Shown here: positions 49,085 through 63,702 of the stretch, piece after piece
Numbering within the stretch: position 1 is the stretch's first letter
Layout of the letters: the number at the start of each line of letters is the position of its first letter
DNA from: Schizochytrium sp. TIO01
Lineage: Eukaryota > Protista > Bigyra: Labyrinthulomycetes
DNA length: 64,000 nucleotides
Assembly: GCA_004764695.1 (NCBI GenBank)
Contig: SMSO01000036.1
Location: 1,612,001 to 1,676,000 of the forward strand
Reading direction: 5' to 3'
Notes under the pieces: model-generated
Database searches by the model: none
What the model saw: only the letters and a program-made list of their open reading frames with translations
What the model was told of the DNA's origin: nothing
Position numbers and translations under genes: made by a program

Positions 49085-52000
49085 CATGAATTGCAAGCGT
49101 TGAATTTGAAGACGAGCGGCGAAGAAATCGGCGCGCGCAACACACCTCCAATGGCGGGAGTTCTAAGAATGTCAAGCAAGAACAGCAAAAAAGCGGTGCT
49201 CTGAGCTTTTGCTATGTCTGGGTCGGCAGATCAAATATTGAAGCCATCGTCGATCCTAATCGATCTGCTTTCTGGATCATTGGATTGAATGAATGGAGCA
49301 GCGCCAAGGTCAACGAAATTTAGCAACAACGTGAGCCTCCAGAGAAAGCGAGCTTCTCGCTCTCCACCACCGGAGCTTTGCAAGTGCTAGCCACTAGATT
49401 GAGTAAGCAGTCTTCAACCAGTGCCTTATCAAGCGGACGCAAGGAATGTGAGGCAAACCAAGCAAGCATGCAGGCAGAGCATTCATGTACGTGTATATGT
49501 ATAATTCGCATTCACCCATTGATCTCTTTTTGTTTTCTTTGACTTATGTGGTTAGTGCTATTATTCTTTAAATTCTTATAAAAATTATAATTTTTAAAAA
49601 GAACAGGTTCTTCTGAAGAATGAATGATTGGGTTGATGTTTCCCTTCCATTTATAGTACACGCTCTCGCAAGGAGAGGAGGCGCGCTCGAGAATTGCGAG
49701 GAAAAATTCAGTTCGAAACTACGATGAGGAGTCTGTCCGAGGCAGATAGATTCTTCATCTAAGGTTCTGGTAAAAGTAATGATGTATATCCATCACAAAG
49801 CAGTACGTAGGCACTTCATTAAAGAGAACAGAAAAAAGTATCGTCTCCTTTAGCAGTTGCTCTATTTCTTTCTTGTTTGCTCATTGTTGTATAATCGTTT
49901 TATCTATTTCTTTTTGTTAAAGGTTACAGTATTTTTTTTTAATGTAAAAAGTGAACGAAGGAGAAAAGTAGCAAAGGGTCATGATACAACGTTAGCAGGA
50001 TGGCTTGGGCTTTTGAGCATCACAAAGCCGAAAAGACCAGCTTGAAGGGATGAAGATGAAGGCCGTCTTTGAGATTTGCTAATTCGAAGGTTCGTCTATG
50101 GCAGTGCTGCAGGGTCTTGGGTGAGTTCTGTTTCGATGCAAGGGACGCAGAGGAAGGGCGTTCGTTCTACCTCTGGAATAAAGTACAATATACATGTAGG
50201 TACATTTATTTTTTACAATAATATTTTTAATTAAAATTTTAAAGAGATAGTAGATAAACTCTTCATTACTTAATGAATTGAAAAAGAAAAAGCATTTGCT
50301 AAAGTTACAGAAAAGGTGAACCAAGAATCGATCAACCATACTTACTATCTACTATCCAATTGACCCGCGCGAAGAAGCTCCAGATAGAGAGATACCTAAG
50401 ATACCTTTTCGAGTTTACGACTTACGAACAGGCTTCAATGTTCCTTTGCATGCCGAGTCAAGAGCTTGTGAGGTCCGACGATGATTCAGGTACCTACCTG
50501 CTTGCTCCTCGGCAGCAGGTATCTTACGTTTAAGTAGGTACCCATCTATACTGATACATCATACATACACGTATATACAGATTGTACTGCAGAGGATGTA
50601 ATTTCGCATTTACACCCAGCGAACCCAGCAGTTGCTTGCTTAGTGCATGCATGGCTGTGCGAAGAACAGAGAGAGTCCACACCGGCGCTAAGAAGTGAGA
50701 ACGGATGCAGTGAATGAATGCAGTGATTCTGGTCGTACTACCAGGACACACCCGCGGTGGAGCACCCTTCGTGAGATTGGTTCTCTGTTGCTGGCACGCG
50801 TGGCAGCCCATGCTGACTTGCAGGCGCCCTGGAAGCACGAGGTATTCAATTCATTGCTTTCATTCACAGCGAGCCGCTGCTCAAGCTTGTAAAGTTGGCT
50901 GCGAAGAACCGGAACTGAGCGAGCCCGAGGATAGCTTTACAGCAACCACGGCGAGGTTTAGAAGAGGTGATGGATTTGTGAATGCAGTTTCTGTCACTCT
51001 GGCCGGCAAGAATGGCCCTTGACAAGAACGGCGTGGGCCCTCGCTCGCCCCCTGTTCTCAGCTGCGAATACTCACGACGGAGGAGGTATCTTTGCAGATT
51101 GCTTCTCTGGTATCGCAATCAAAGATGACGATGACGGAGGCTGCTCGCGACTCTTAAAGCCAAGAAGGGGGTGACAGCCAACCTTGGAAAGAACCCAAAC
51201 TCACGGCCTCTTCACGCTAGATACCAGTAGGTCTAGAGCGTAAGGCTGAGCAGCAACGAAGTCCTGGCATCGTGGGCTTAGCCCAAGAGCGAGCAGACAA
51301 CCAAGCGCCTTAAGACCTGTGCACACCGTCATGAAAGAGCTAGGTAGGTAGAGATAGCTAGACCGCCATGCTGGCAAATAACAAATGTAAAGTAAATTTC
51401 CATAGCTTGAGAGGGATCTTTGACAAAACTAGGACCCACCCGACCTTCGTCGTGACAAGTTATACCCTGGGTTTACTACAGGGTTATTCTGAGTTTCACT
51501 CGCCAGACTGAGCGAATGCGATTGGTTTTCTTGAATTCTTGTAGGTGATATGTTCTCCTTGCTGTCAGTTTTTCATTCGTAAGTTCAATCGTAAAACGCC
51601 ACAAAGAATCACATCACCACATTCAAGAATCTAAATACGATCTTCCATTCGCCCAAAAGTCTTTCGTAAAATAAAGGACTCATCTGTTGCTCCTGGCGTT
51701 TGGATGGCTTTAAAGCTTGACCTTATTTAATTCCACCCCGCATCACTTCGCCCTTTATATAATTTCAAGCTTAAATCTATTTGGGCTTGTGCTGTCGTCT
51801 TTCTAAGAACCACAATTCGCAAGCAAACCATATGATTGACTTGACCGTCAAACTCTTCAGGTGAGACTCGAGCAGCGATCCTTCTTCCTTCGTTTCTGTC
51901 CAGGCTTCGCGGATAAAAATTGAGGATATGATGCAGGCCTAAAACTATTCGGAGTTCGCAAGCAATCTCATGTTCTGTTCTCTCCGCTGTTCACGTCCTC

Positions 52001-53562
52001 GTCCTTCTCGGGACCGCAACGGCTGCCTTAACTAGCGCTGACTTGGCAGCGCCATCAATGCGCGATCAAGCCTGGATGCGCAAGCATTATTGAAGATATT
52101 AAGTTAGCAACATCAAGTGAAGAATTGAAGCTCGGAATGACCAGATCCACCAACAACGCCACGAGTCCCACGACACGTGGTACAGTGTGGATCCATATGT
52201 CTCTTTGATTTGCAGATTTGCATGCGATGAGATGAGGGACCCTTCTTGCTGAGAAATGGCCTGATCTTCTGATTGCGGATGCCGAGATCATCAAGGTCGT
52301 GCCATTTGGGGCGAGAGAATTGGAGATCTTTGGAGGCCATGGCATCGAGGATACTTGAGAACAGAGTCACCGGTCACAGACGCTCCTATGACTTTCAGTA
52401 TACTTGCGTGGCAAAAACGTACCCTTAGCAGTAGATAGTGGCCTGCTAATCAAAGGTGTCCCAGTTGAGAGGCTCGTGCGTTCTTGTTTGCGCTCAGCGT
52501 TCTTTCCGAGTGCCACTTGAAATATGTGGCAGATGGCAAGGTAGGTCATAGTATTGGAACGGAACGGTTTCCTATCCTTCTTATAAATTTTACTTTAAAA
52601 TTAAATTATTATTGTTTTATAAATTAAAAAAAATATCGTTGGAATAATTCGCTGAGAAAAACAAGATCGCGCAATATAAACAGTAGCACTCGTAAATCGA
52701 AGATACCTCATTTAAAAAGTTGATCGATCCCTTCCATTTCCAGTGAGATCGGCTGAACCCTTTTTTTCTTCTAGCTTCAAGTTGTTCTTTCACCAACCGA
52801 AAGCACTTGTTCAATAGAAAATCCTATTACTGACTATGCAATAGTATGTTTAAAAAGTTAAAATACTCTATAGAGTAGACTAAGCATTTTATTTTCCCCA
52901 AAAGTAAATGCTTTTTTTTTTTTTCTTTCTTTCTTTTTTTTAATGAAAACGTTTTACTATGAACATTTCATAATTAAATATAAATATGTTTTTATAGTCA
53001 CAATTGTTCTTGATTTCAATAACATCTTTATCTAAATAAATAAAAAATTAAAGAGTATTCAGTTGCTCGTCTCCTCTGTTGTTGACATGATGCGAGCAGA
53101 GAATCTTCGAAACAAACAAGGGGGGCATAGTCGAAGTTTTCCAAATGTGCTGGACGGCGGAGCGAAGTGTATTGTCGCGAACTGTGCGCGGACCTTCAGT
53201 TTCTTTTACTCACTGACCCACTGCGACTCCGTCATTGGCAAGATAATAAATAATACTCTAGAGGTGATTAGCGCCCAGGTGGCGCTCAGCAATCGGTCCT
53301 CTCTTGTTGAGCTGCCTTGAAATGTTTGGTGCTCTGCTTTTACAAAGTAAAGTGCCGCCTCAGCCACCGAGCTCAGCAAAAGGTCACTCTGAGTACTCAC
53401 TTACTCACTCACTCACTCACTCATGTTTAAATGATTCATTCACTCACTCACTCGCTATGGCGATGATGCAGAGAATCGATTCGACATTAATTTTAAGACC
53501 AGAAGAGGTATCGATCGTTTGCTTCTTTGAGGCTCTGTGAAAGAAAGCAAACAAATAGACAG

Positions 53563-53742
53563 ACAAACAAACAAACAAACAAACAAACAAACAAATAAAC
53601 AAACAAACAAACAAACAAACAAACAAACAAACAAACAAACAAACAAACAAACAAACAAACAAACAAACAAACAAACAAACAAACAAACAAACAAACAAAC
53701 AAACAAACAAACAAACAAACAAACAAACAAACAAACAAACAA
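53563..53742. repeat. (AAAC)n microsatellite, about 45 units
   Basis: Nearly pure array with one AAAT variant. Confidence 0.98.
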
Positions 53743-56700
53743 GGTTCTGAGTTAGAACTTAGTTCGCAGCGACAAGCTGAACACGGGCTTGAAGATGATC
53801 AGGCACCAGTTGCGCTGGTGATCCGTGCAGACCTTGTGCCGCCACGCTCCTACGCTGCTCGCCTCACCAGCGGTTGTTTGTTCGAGGACGAGCGTTGTTT
53901 GGATGGTTTCGAAGATTGTCTGAATTGCAGTGCCTTCACTACAGGCTGGCAGAGGTATCGTCTGGCTGGCTGACAGGAGGCCAGGACTTGGTTGGCTGGC
54001 GATCACAATTCATGCCGATCAACGGCGAGATCACTGCAGCCAGGGCCGGCCTGAGGCGGGTTGAAGCAGGCAGGCAAGCAGGCAAGCAAGCAAACAAACA
54101 AACAAGCAAACAAACAAGCAATTCGAAGAGCTGCTCGCCGCTCTGCTCGTCGGCTTGCTCGCGATGGAATATGCGCGAGGCGGGCTTTTGCTTCATGGCA
54201 GTTCTTGCGGCAGCGCTGGTCCTCCCGCCCGTAGAGGAGGCCTATCGATAAGCGTAGGAGGGCTAGCGCCGGAGATCTTGGCGATTGGGGCCCCGCAGTA
54301 GTCTAGGCGCCACTGGTTTTCGAATTAAAAACTCTTGAAAGGGGTTGCTCTGTGGGAGCGGCATACGGCCTGGTAGGAAGAAGCGGCAATGCAAGCAAAT
54401 AGACAGACGGAGTCACCCGACTCGAGATCGTCATCTTACCCTAGAAGGTAGGCAGGGCGGCTAGGGACCCACTACCGGTGGCGGATTTGCCTATTCGCTT
54501 ATTTGATTGTCGATTTGTTTGTTTGTTTGTTTGTTTGTTTGTTTGTTTGTTTGCTAAGCAGAGGTATAATAGGTGCAGTAGATGTGCAAGCGTGGAATCT
54601 GAGGCAGCGCAGATTTGGGTTGTGTGCACACTGGTCACTAGGAAGGCTGGTCGCGTGAACATCGATGGATTTTGCACCGATGCTGCTGGGTTCATATAGG
54701 GGTTGCTTGCCGGTGAGCGAGAGCCCGGTACGAAATAGGATTGACACCGATCCAATGATGCGACAGGTGTATGTCTCCCTCCTCGAGGTGTCAGCAAATA
54801 TCTACGGTGAGAGAATTGAGATCTGTGACATTGGTGGGTTAGAAACAATTTCCTCGCCGCGGATGACGAAGACTTTAGGCCAGGTGTCTACCAAATATAA
54901 ACGGTACAGTGGGCAATGAAATTGGAGGGCTATTTTTTGATAGGCTCACTTTTAATTAAGTAAGTTCAAAGGAAGGTTATGGCTTCTTGATGCCAACCTC
55001 AAACTCCTCGCTGGTTCAATTAAACTTGAAAATTACCGGCATCGCCTTCCACATGTGTGATGGAAGTGGGAAACGAACAACGTATTCATTTGTATTTTGC
55101 AAAAATGCAAATTAGCCTGATTAGTTGAAAAAGTAGCAACGCGAGGGTTTCTTCTTGTTTGCAGACGCGGACGCACTTCAAAGTACCATAGCAGCTCTGG
55201 TGATAATCTGAGAAATTCAAAGCTTTGTTTATCCACCCATTGCAAGGAGAAAGTTGAATTTCATTTTACGAAGTGCTGTGGATGCATACACGCGCTCTTG
55301 GATACATTGCGCCAGATGTTGTCTTTACATATTCGAATTCAGACTGGAGTCCTTTCAAGATGAATGATAGATAAGATGTTCAGAGCCTGAGTAAGTTCGC
55401 AATCAATTTGGCAAAATGAACAGGTGGCGTCATTGTCAATTTAGCCGTCCACACCGACAAACACCCGCTCCGCGCTGTCTATCCCAGCCAGAACGGGTAT
55501 TTATAGATTTTCTTTTTCTACTTCTCAAAAGTTTTACACAGATTCCTTGAGGATATTTTTTTTTAAAGCAAAACAAAACTCTTAGATGGTACAACTTCCT
55601 CAGCAACCTTAGGCTATCTGATATATTTTTACTTCTCTTTTTTAAAATTAAAAACATTCCTGTTTGTTTTTTATTATCTGTGCTAAGTACTGCTAGGTTA
55701 ATTTGCTATTGAGAAACGAGCCTCATCTATTGAGAAAGACATGGGTGCTCGGTTCTCATCCTTTTACTTTTCTTGTCAATGTTGTACCTCATATTGACCC
55801 TAAAATTGATCGTGCGGACCCTTTAAGTTAGTGATAGTATCATAGTACCAAAGCGAGCTGCTCGCTGGGTTGCGGTACTTCGACGAACAGATTGTCTGGA
55901 CCCTCGTACTACTTGCGTCACAAATCATGTATTTATATCAACAAAAACGAAGGTTATGACACAAATAATCTCCGAGAGGAAAACGAACATAACAGGCCCG
56001 ACGAATTATAGCCCTTCCCATAAACGTATGATGTCGTTCTCCAAACCAGCTTTGTGATTTGGTCGCAATACATAATTGCAAAGCAACAAAGAAAATTTAT
56101 TTTGAGATTATGTGAATCTCTGTTTTGCAAGAACTTTATCAGCTCTCGTGAAAAGAGTGTTTGCTTTCTCGCGCTTGCAAGTCATCAAGACACGATAGAT
56201 GCCATCACGTAGTCTGGGTAGAGGAGATTTGAAAGCGTCCCAACACTAGACACAGTATAGACTAAGCGTATTCTAACATATTGTTGGGAAGATGGTGCAA
56301 GCATTAAATAGATTTGGGGATGGGCTTGTCATCCAGATATGAGTTCGCACTATACAAGTTTATCACGTGTTTTGGACAGGGTTATTTCAACTCTAAAGAG
56401 GTTACTTTGTAGAATGTCTTCTGGAATTGCTCGAATTCCTGCTCGTTCTTTATGTGATTTCCTCATCTCTTTCCAACTCTTGCCTTTTTGGAAATGAAAC
56501 AATATCAGGCCTCTTTCTTGTCGTTGTTTAGTATTATGAAGCAGGCTCTCTTCTGAGGTGAATGACCATCGAAGGAAAGTATTGTATCACTATGGATAGC
56601 TACGTCGAAAAGCTGTATTTTGAGAAAAGTAGAGGATATTTTCTCGTGAGCTTCATTTTTCAAATTTCTCACAAATGTTTCATATATTTTCTCCAGCTAC

Positions 56701-59700
56701 ACGAAGGTCTCGCTGGGCTTCCTGAACAATCTTGTGAAAAGGTACCCGCAAACTCGCATATTTTGGAGTGGATAGAGCTTTTTAAAACTACTAAGAGAAT
56801 TCCGCAATGCAAGAATATAGAGCTCCACTTTATCAGAATCCACTGAAAATTATCTTGGCTGAGTTTCACAAAGTATAATCTGCAAACAAAATCAAAATCA
56901 ACAAAGGAAAGGCGTTTCTTAAATATTTTATATATTTTTTAAAGTATAATTTTAATTTTAACTTCAACTTCAACTTTAATTAAAAAACATTCACTTTCTG
57001 TTTTTGGATAAACTTTAATTAGATCAGGATCTTTATTTAATACTATTCGGCGTAATAGATGGAGATCGATCAATCCATAGTATATTCGTTCTTTCTCCTG
57101 GCGTTTCAAAGATTTTTTGGGGAAGCCTTTGCCTCTTGCTAAACCAGCAAAGGAAATTGAGTCTCAAATCTGTTCTTCACTGTCACGCAAAGCGAAGCAA
57201 TACTTCAAAGTCAACCTCATTCACTGTGACTCAAACCTTCATAAATTCAATCGTCAGAACTGCTGCAGTCTCAATACTGTCAAATGTTCGCTAGCAATGA
57301 TGATGCGCTGCGTGTACCTACGTACATAAATATAGACAGCTTTCGTGCGACTTCCGCGGAATTGCAAAAACTCTCGCACATTTCATTAAAAGTCATGCGA
57401 ATGCAAACCATGAACGCATGCTTTGATATGGCTCAGCGAAGGCACGCGCGGCTCTCTTGCCGCATGCCTGCTTTCGATGAATCCCAATTCACCGCGATGT
57501 CAGTGAGAAACCACCGAAGATGTCACTTCGCATGTCAAGACTCGAGGCATGCGAGCATGCGTGCATGCATCCACCTGAATTCATTCACCTTCGTGCCTTC
57601 AATTTGCAGCCTGCATTTACCCTCCATCCACGCAGGTACCTGGTGAGATCTCCGCACGCTCGATAAGAGAAAGAACGCATCGCACGCGCTGTCTTCCTGG
57701 CTGCTTCAGGTGCATTTTCCAAGAAAGCAAGCCATCGCAACCTCCGGCAATTTCATGAGCGAGGCGCTCCAGCGGTCCCTGGAACGCTTCTCAAGAAAAC
57801 ATCGCCTCTCGAGGAGACCATGGCTCCAACTCGAGTTAAGTTCACCTCCCGAGTCCTGCTTGCTTGTCATGCACGTGTTGCAGACGGCTTGTTGTCGTCG
57901 AGCCTTAAAGTCCGCTTGGGCTTCGAAATGCCAAGCCTTGAGTCCACCTATTACCATTACCTGCTTCAAGATCACTCCTATTGGTTAGGACTTCTGACTA
58001 CTCTTGAATGCATTCCATTGGCAACTTAGACTAACTTTCAATTAAAAAATAAAGTTATCGCCTCGTGAGTTCAAGGATTAAGATCAAGATCAATCGACGT
58101 GGTAGCAGAAGGCCTAGAGCGGTCTTAGTTACGAATTACCTGCATCGTATCGGGGAACCAAACCAATACCACAGCAGTCGATCACCAGATCTGAGCTTGA
58201 AGCAAATTACTTACTATCTAGCCGTCAAGACTGCACTTGGATTGAATAAGAAGGCCAAGCGTATCAAACAATGCATGTTTACAACTCCACGGGGCAAAGC
58301 ATAAAGCAAGCAAGCAAGCAAGCTTCTGCCCTCTGCAAGTCTGGCCTCAGCTCTGCCTCAGATGAATCTCTGTAACAGAGCTTTTAAAGCCCTTGTTTGT
58401 AAAATTTTATTAAATCAATTCAATGAGCCTCTCTAGAGGGACAATCTTGAAGCGGCGGTATCATCATTTCAAGACAGCCAGCTAATTACGCAGCCACGCA
58501 GTCAGTCAGTTGGGTCTATAAAGATGCAGCTCACGATCTGTATTAAACTGCCACGACTTGGAGCTTTTAACTTCGGCGGGCCCTTCAAAGAACGGGACTG
58601 CAGCCTCTTCGGCGAATGACCCATTCATTCGCTTGCTTACAGCGACGACGCCAACAAAACCCTTTTCAGAAATCGCAGAACAGCGAGAACACTGAAGCAC
58701 CTCCTCTCTCCACTACTAACCAACACCTAATGAAGTGAGTAGGACTTCCGTGGAGAAGATGTCGGACTCTTTTCGGAGGTCAATGTCAGGGAATACAGGG
58801 AACATCCGGCGCGCGCGCGATCACACACATTTTATACGCACTATTTTCAGAGCCATCATCATCATCAGTTTTAGGGTGCAATCTTTGGGGCCAATGACGA
58901 GATTGACGAGGAGAAGAATGGCAGCTCTGGAGGCAGGCGGTAGGTTGGCATTTATAGAGTGATCACGGACCTTCGTGAAGGGATCGCGCAAAGGGTTCAA
59001 GACGTGTATATGGAGAATACTGAGATAGACGTTTCGTTCTTGAATGCCGACTGTTGAAGTTCCGAAATAAATCTTCAACTTCAGCAGAGGTTTTTAGTCA
59101 TTTTCATAAAGAAGTTGTTTCTCTGAATTTCACTATTATCAATATTGTTATTAGTTTCAATTTTCATTTTAAAAAATAAATAAAAATCTGGTTTTAATTG
59201 AATTTTAATCAACAAAGCTCGTGGTAAACAAACCTAAACTTTTTTACTATCTGCAATCAATCTTTTTTGCGAAAAACCAGGTAGTACGTAGTAGTATTTC
59301 TTCCTTTTCTTCAAGTTTTCTTTCTATTTTTTTTTAAACGATCGTAGTAGTTCGTAGAAGTTCGTGAACGTACTCGAAGAAGATCTTCAAGATCGTCACC
59401 ATCCAGCAGGCACACGTTCGCTAAGGCGGCCCTGGAGAGAAGGGCCGACGCTCTGAGGTTCTTGTCGAGCTGAAAGGGGGCGCGATCTCATTATCTTTGC
59501 TTCGCGTAAACTTGCACCTAGCTCTTGCCGTGCGACGTAACCCACTTGAGCGAATGCTCTCGTGCGCTCTTGCCCTCTTGCGCTCTTGTCCTCGTGCGCT
59601 CTTGCTCTCTTCTATCATGCCCAGCAAACCTTGCGAGGCCTAGTGCTCGCGAACAAACGCCCTGCAGAGGGAGTGTATCTATGTAGCGAGAGTGCCGGGC

Positions 59701-62612
59701 TTTGTCCAAGCCAACTCAGGCTTCAAGCTCGATCTGGGCTACATGATGCACTCGAGCCTTTCCTACCAGGCTGCTGGGACACGAAAAGGAGTTCAAGCTG
59801 CTGGTTCTGCACGCGATCCTGTACGCTCGCTGGGATAACTGTCCTCCAGCGTGGCAACAAGCAGCTGCAGAAGCTTCGCCTTGACGGCTTATGCTGGCCC
59901 ACGAGTCATCGGCCTCCGCCTGATTCACAGAAGAACTCGAAAGCCCATGGTTGTCTGAAAAACGCGGCTGATCGAAGACATTTCGCCAATAAGTCTTGGA
60001 CAAAGGTTACGCCCTTAGCAGTCATCATGATTGCAAATGTACCATGCATAGTAGGTCAAACCTCGAGAGCACAGGTACATCCGCGATGGTTGACCTCACG
60101 ATGCATGCGTCTTTTGGCAGGAGCTAGCTCCTACGTCTCTGCTACAAGTAAGCGGGCCTCAAAGTGCAGGCTGCTCGTCTGAACGCAGAGCTCGCGTGTG
60201 CGAATCTGAATTTCCTCAGGCGCGGACTCCGATGATCAGAGTTCGGATGGGCATAACGAAGAGCAAGCATTATTAGCGACGCGCCACAATAACCTACCTG
60301 GGTAGGCAGGAATTTACTTCAACGGTATGCGTGAAGACCTCAATAACCTTTGCATTCTTCGTAAACGACCCCGCATAAATAAATTGAGCAGGCAAGCTTT
60401 CCCAAGAAATCATTCGGCATGAAGCTGTGTTGAATGGGGGTGCTTACACGAGAGGAACCGCCGAAAACGTGTGGGATGAATGGCACTGCATAAAGTCAAC
60501 AAAGGCCACGTTTTCACTCGTTCATTCTGAGTACTACCAATGCAATTTTTGATTCGAGCGGTTTGACGCGCTCAATCGACTCTCGTTGCCTCAATCTTGC
60601 AAGGCGGCTTAAACTTGCACAGTGTACTATATATTTTATATTTTACTGTAAAGATTCTTCTTCGGCTTAGGTTATTCGTTCCATTTATTTTCCCCGTCCT
60701 CGTCTTGATCTTGCATCATCATCATAAGCTATCCTAGAAAGATCATAGCTAGCAGAACACTATGCTATCAACATGGTAGCTGGTGAATCATGATTCTTTG
60801 CCTTCGCTCCCGTACGTTTCTCATCACCATCGAGACACCACGTATTCCTTTCTAAAATTGCAGCACGTTGACGCGCATTTTGTTTGTCCTGCGCAGTGTG
60901 TATACTTTCAGTTTCGAGCTAGAATCAGCAAAAAAAACAACCAGCAACGACATCGAGTTGCTCGCACTGGCCCATCCTCAAGAACCCTCTTGGGCATAAT
61001 AGACAGGCAAGACAAATCTTCATCCTCGCTCGCTCAGTATTGAAATGAGGGTCTGTGTCTCTCTCCCCCTTTGAAGATAGGTACTGACGCACTTGTGTGC
61101 AATTGCCCACAGTGGTCCCCACAGCGCGGCCGTGGGAAGTCGCGCGTGGTCTGGCTCGCCGCGCTGCTTCCTGTTGCGTGACAGTTCAAAACTCGGTCAC
61201 TCCGCTACCCTTCGAGTTTAGGTCAACCAACAACTTGTTGCGCGAAGCCTTTAGACACCACCGTCTCGAGCACTGGCTGGACTAAGGAGGAGCTTCCAGG
61301 TCGATGCAGTTGGCTTTAGTGTACATATGTAATCATATCGCACTGCTTCTTTTATGGGAAAAATTAAAACTGCTGCCCAAATTCTCGACCAGTTTTAGAT
61401 TCCACAGTTTTCGTTTTCACTCATTCCCTTTTTTCCCTTCGAAACTATAATCTATTACTACCCTGCGAGTTGTATTTTTTTTTTAATTCTACTTAAATTT
61501 ATTTTTAAAAATGATACCTTTTTCAGTTTATAAAAAAAGGTTTTAGCCGTAACTGAGTTTACAGTAATGAAATTGTTACCACTACTACAATTTAAAACTT
61601 CAAGCTTCAAAAGCACCTAGGACCCCGCTATCTCATATATAGATACATCATTCAGGAAAACTGCTTGTCAATAAATAAGTAAATTAATTAATTAATTAAT
61701 TATTTTGGAAACCTGTTAACTACTTCAACGAAAGCCTAGAGTGTGAAATAAAGAGCGCTGAACTAACATTATGATTTGCCAATGTAAAAACTGTTCTTTT
61801 CCCACTGCTTCAGTAACAAGAGAGGGGCATAAAAGAACGGTTGCTGCTTTGCTCGCGTTGGCTTCGCCTTTCCTTCCTTCCTTCCTTCCTCTCTTCTGCT
61901 TCTTCCCTTATGCATGAGCACTACCCAAGTGCCTAGGTGGGTACTATTAGGCAGCATGGGAAGCGCTGTTTATTTTATTTTACTCAGGCGGCCTCCGCTT
62001 TGTCTTTTATTTATGCTCATATTAGTTTAGTAGACTTCTATTTTACCATACTTTATAATTAATATTTTTTTTTATAAAACTAAAAAAACATGTATACATA
62101 CATACATTTTTAGAATAAACTAAAATAAAACTAAAATATTAAAAACATATCAAATTGTACAGAGGATCGAAGGACCTTCGAATGAGCGATTGATCAATCA
62201 ATCAATGCCGTGGCCATTTATGCAAAGCTGCGGCTGCTGCTGAGCCGCTCGCCGGCGCAGGCGACCGGTGCGGAGGCATGGCAAGGAGCAAGAGTAAAGG
62301 AGCCAGGCTTAGGCGGGCGGGTGTTGAGTTGGTGGAGCTCGAATCGGGTGCGTCCGAGAGCGAGAGCTCTGTCTGCTTTCGCCCAGATCGTTCTTTTGCC
62401 GTTCTTTTGTTGTTGTTCTTTTTGTGTTCTTTTTGTTCTCCTGGAATCTGTAGTTAGAGAGCGATGATTGGATGAGAAGCGCGCTCCACTTTGGATTGGA
62501 TGGGACTGGAGACAGCGACGGCGTCGGCGAGAGCTCTGGAGAACCCCGAAGAAGCCGTCGCGAGCAGGCCGGATCCGTCTTTTGTGACGCTTCTTTCGTT
62601 CTTTGTTTCAAG

Positions 62613-62729
62613 TTGTTTGTTTGTTTGTTTGTTTGTTTGTTTGTTTGTTTGTTTGTTTGTTTGTTTGTTTGTTTGTTTGTTTGTTTGTTTGTTTGTTTGT
62701 TTGTTTGTTTGTTTGTTTGTTTGTTTGTT
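62613..62729. repeat. (GTTT)n microsatellite, about 29 units
   Basis: Pure array read directly. Confidence 0.98.
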
Positions 62730-63628
62730 GGCGATCTTTTCGAAGCTATTCGTAGTTCGCCAAATTCGTCGAAGAAGCGCTGCAAAAGACGTGTGGATTC
62801 GTGATTGCGTCGAGCTGCTTATAAAGATGCTACATGGAGTCGCCTCGAGTTCGGGCTGCGCTGCATTGCGATGCGACCGACGTATAGCCACCTCGACTGC
62901 GATGCGAACGGCAGCACATGCAAACGTTGTACGTATACGTACATGTGCTTTCGAGGGCATTTTCGCAAGTGAATGATGATGATCACTCATTTCATAAAAT
63001 TAGAAACCATCATTCGTCGCCGTCGTCGCTGCCTGTCCAGTAAGCAAACGGGACCTCGAAGGTGACTCCGTAGCAGCTGACTTTCTCGTGCGGAGAGAGC
63101 AGCAAAAGCTAAGTCTGAGGCTCAAAAGGCCAGAACAATACAATGTAATGGACCGTCCTCTCAATCTTGAAAATCGAGGATCCTTCGTCGTCACTCAGAA
63201 CTTTCGGAACATAGTTAGTTTTGCATTCTACTTTCTGTGTGGCGCCTTGCTAGAGGTAGGGTACGGAAAACAATAGGACAGACCTTCATAACAGTCGCGG
63301 TTTTCGTACCAGAAGAGAGGAAAACACAGCCTGGCTGTCTGTCTGTGTCTCGAGAACGAAGGTTGGTTTTATCTGGCTTCGGTGTACTTCTCAACAGACA
63401 GCTCTGAGGAACTCTCTGCGCAGGTCGTGGCTTCAATCTGATGCCCTGCTCAAGCCGCAGCGGAATGAGAGCTGCCCAAGCCGCGACTCAACGTCGCCCA
63501 CCGAGGAATGACCCTACTCGAGATGGAGATCGCCGTTCCAAGAGTTTTCCAACGCCCCAAAACTCGCTCGCCGTTCCTACGTTGAACATACTACACTGTA
63601 GATACATACGTATGATTGTTTGTTTGTG

Positions 63629-63702
63629 TGAATGAATGAATGAATGAATGAATGAATGAATGAATGAATAAATGAATGAAGGAATGAATGAATGAATGAA
63701 TG
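63629..63702. repeat. (GAAT)n microsatellite
   Basis: Imperfect array read directly. Confidence 0.95.

Noticed and set aside
52055-52549. Short minus-strand ORFs with Cys/His and hydrophobic stretches, considered as a retroelement relic
   Set aside because: No RT, endonuclease or CCHC motif could be assembled.
53444-53755. FVCL/QTNK repeat ORFs (also 62309-62990)
   Set aside because: Translations of AAAC/GTTT microsatellites.
59562-60182. 206-aa + strand ORF
   Set aside because: Non-ATG start, Cys/Arg/Ser-rich random-like composition, no domain.
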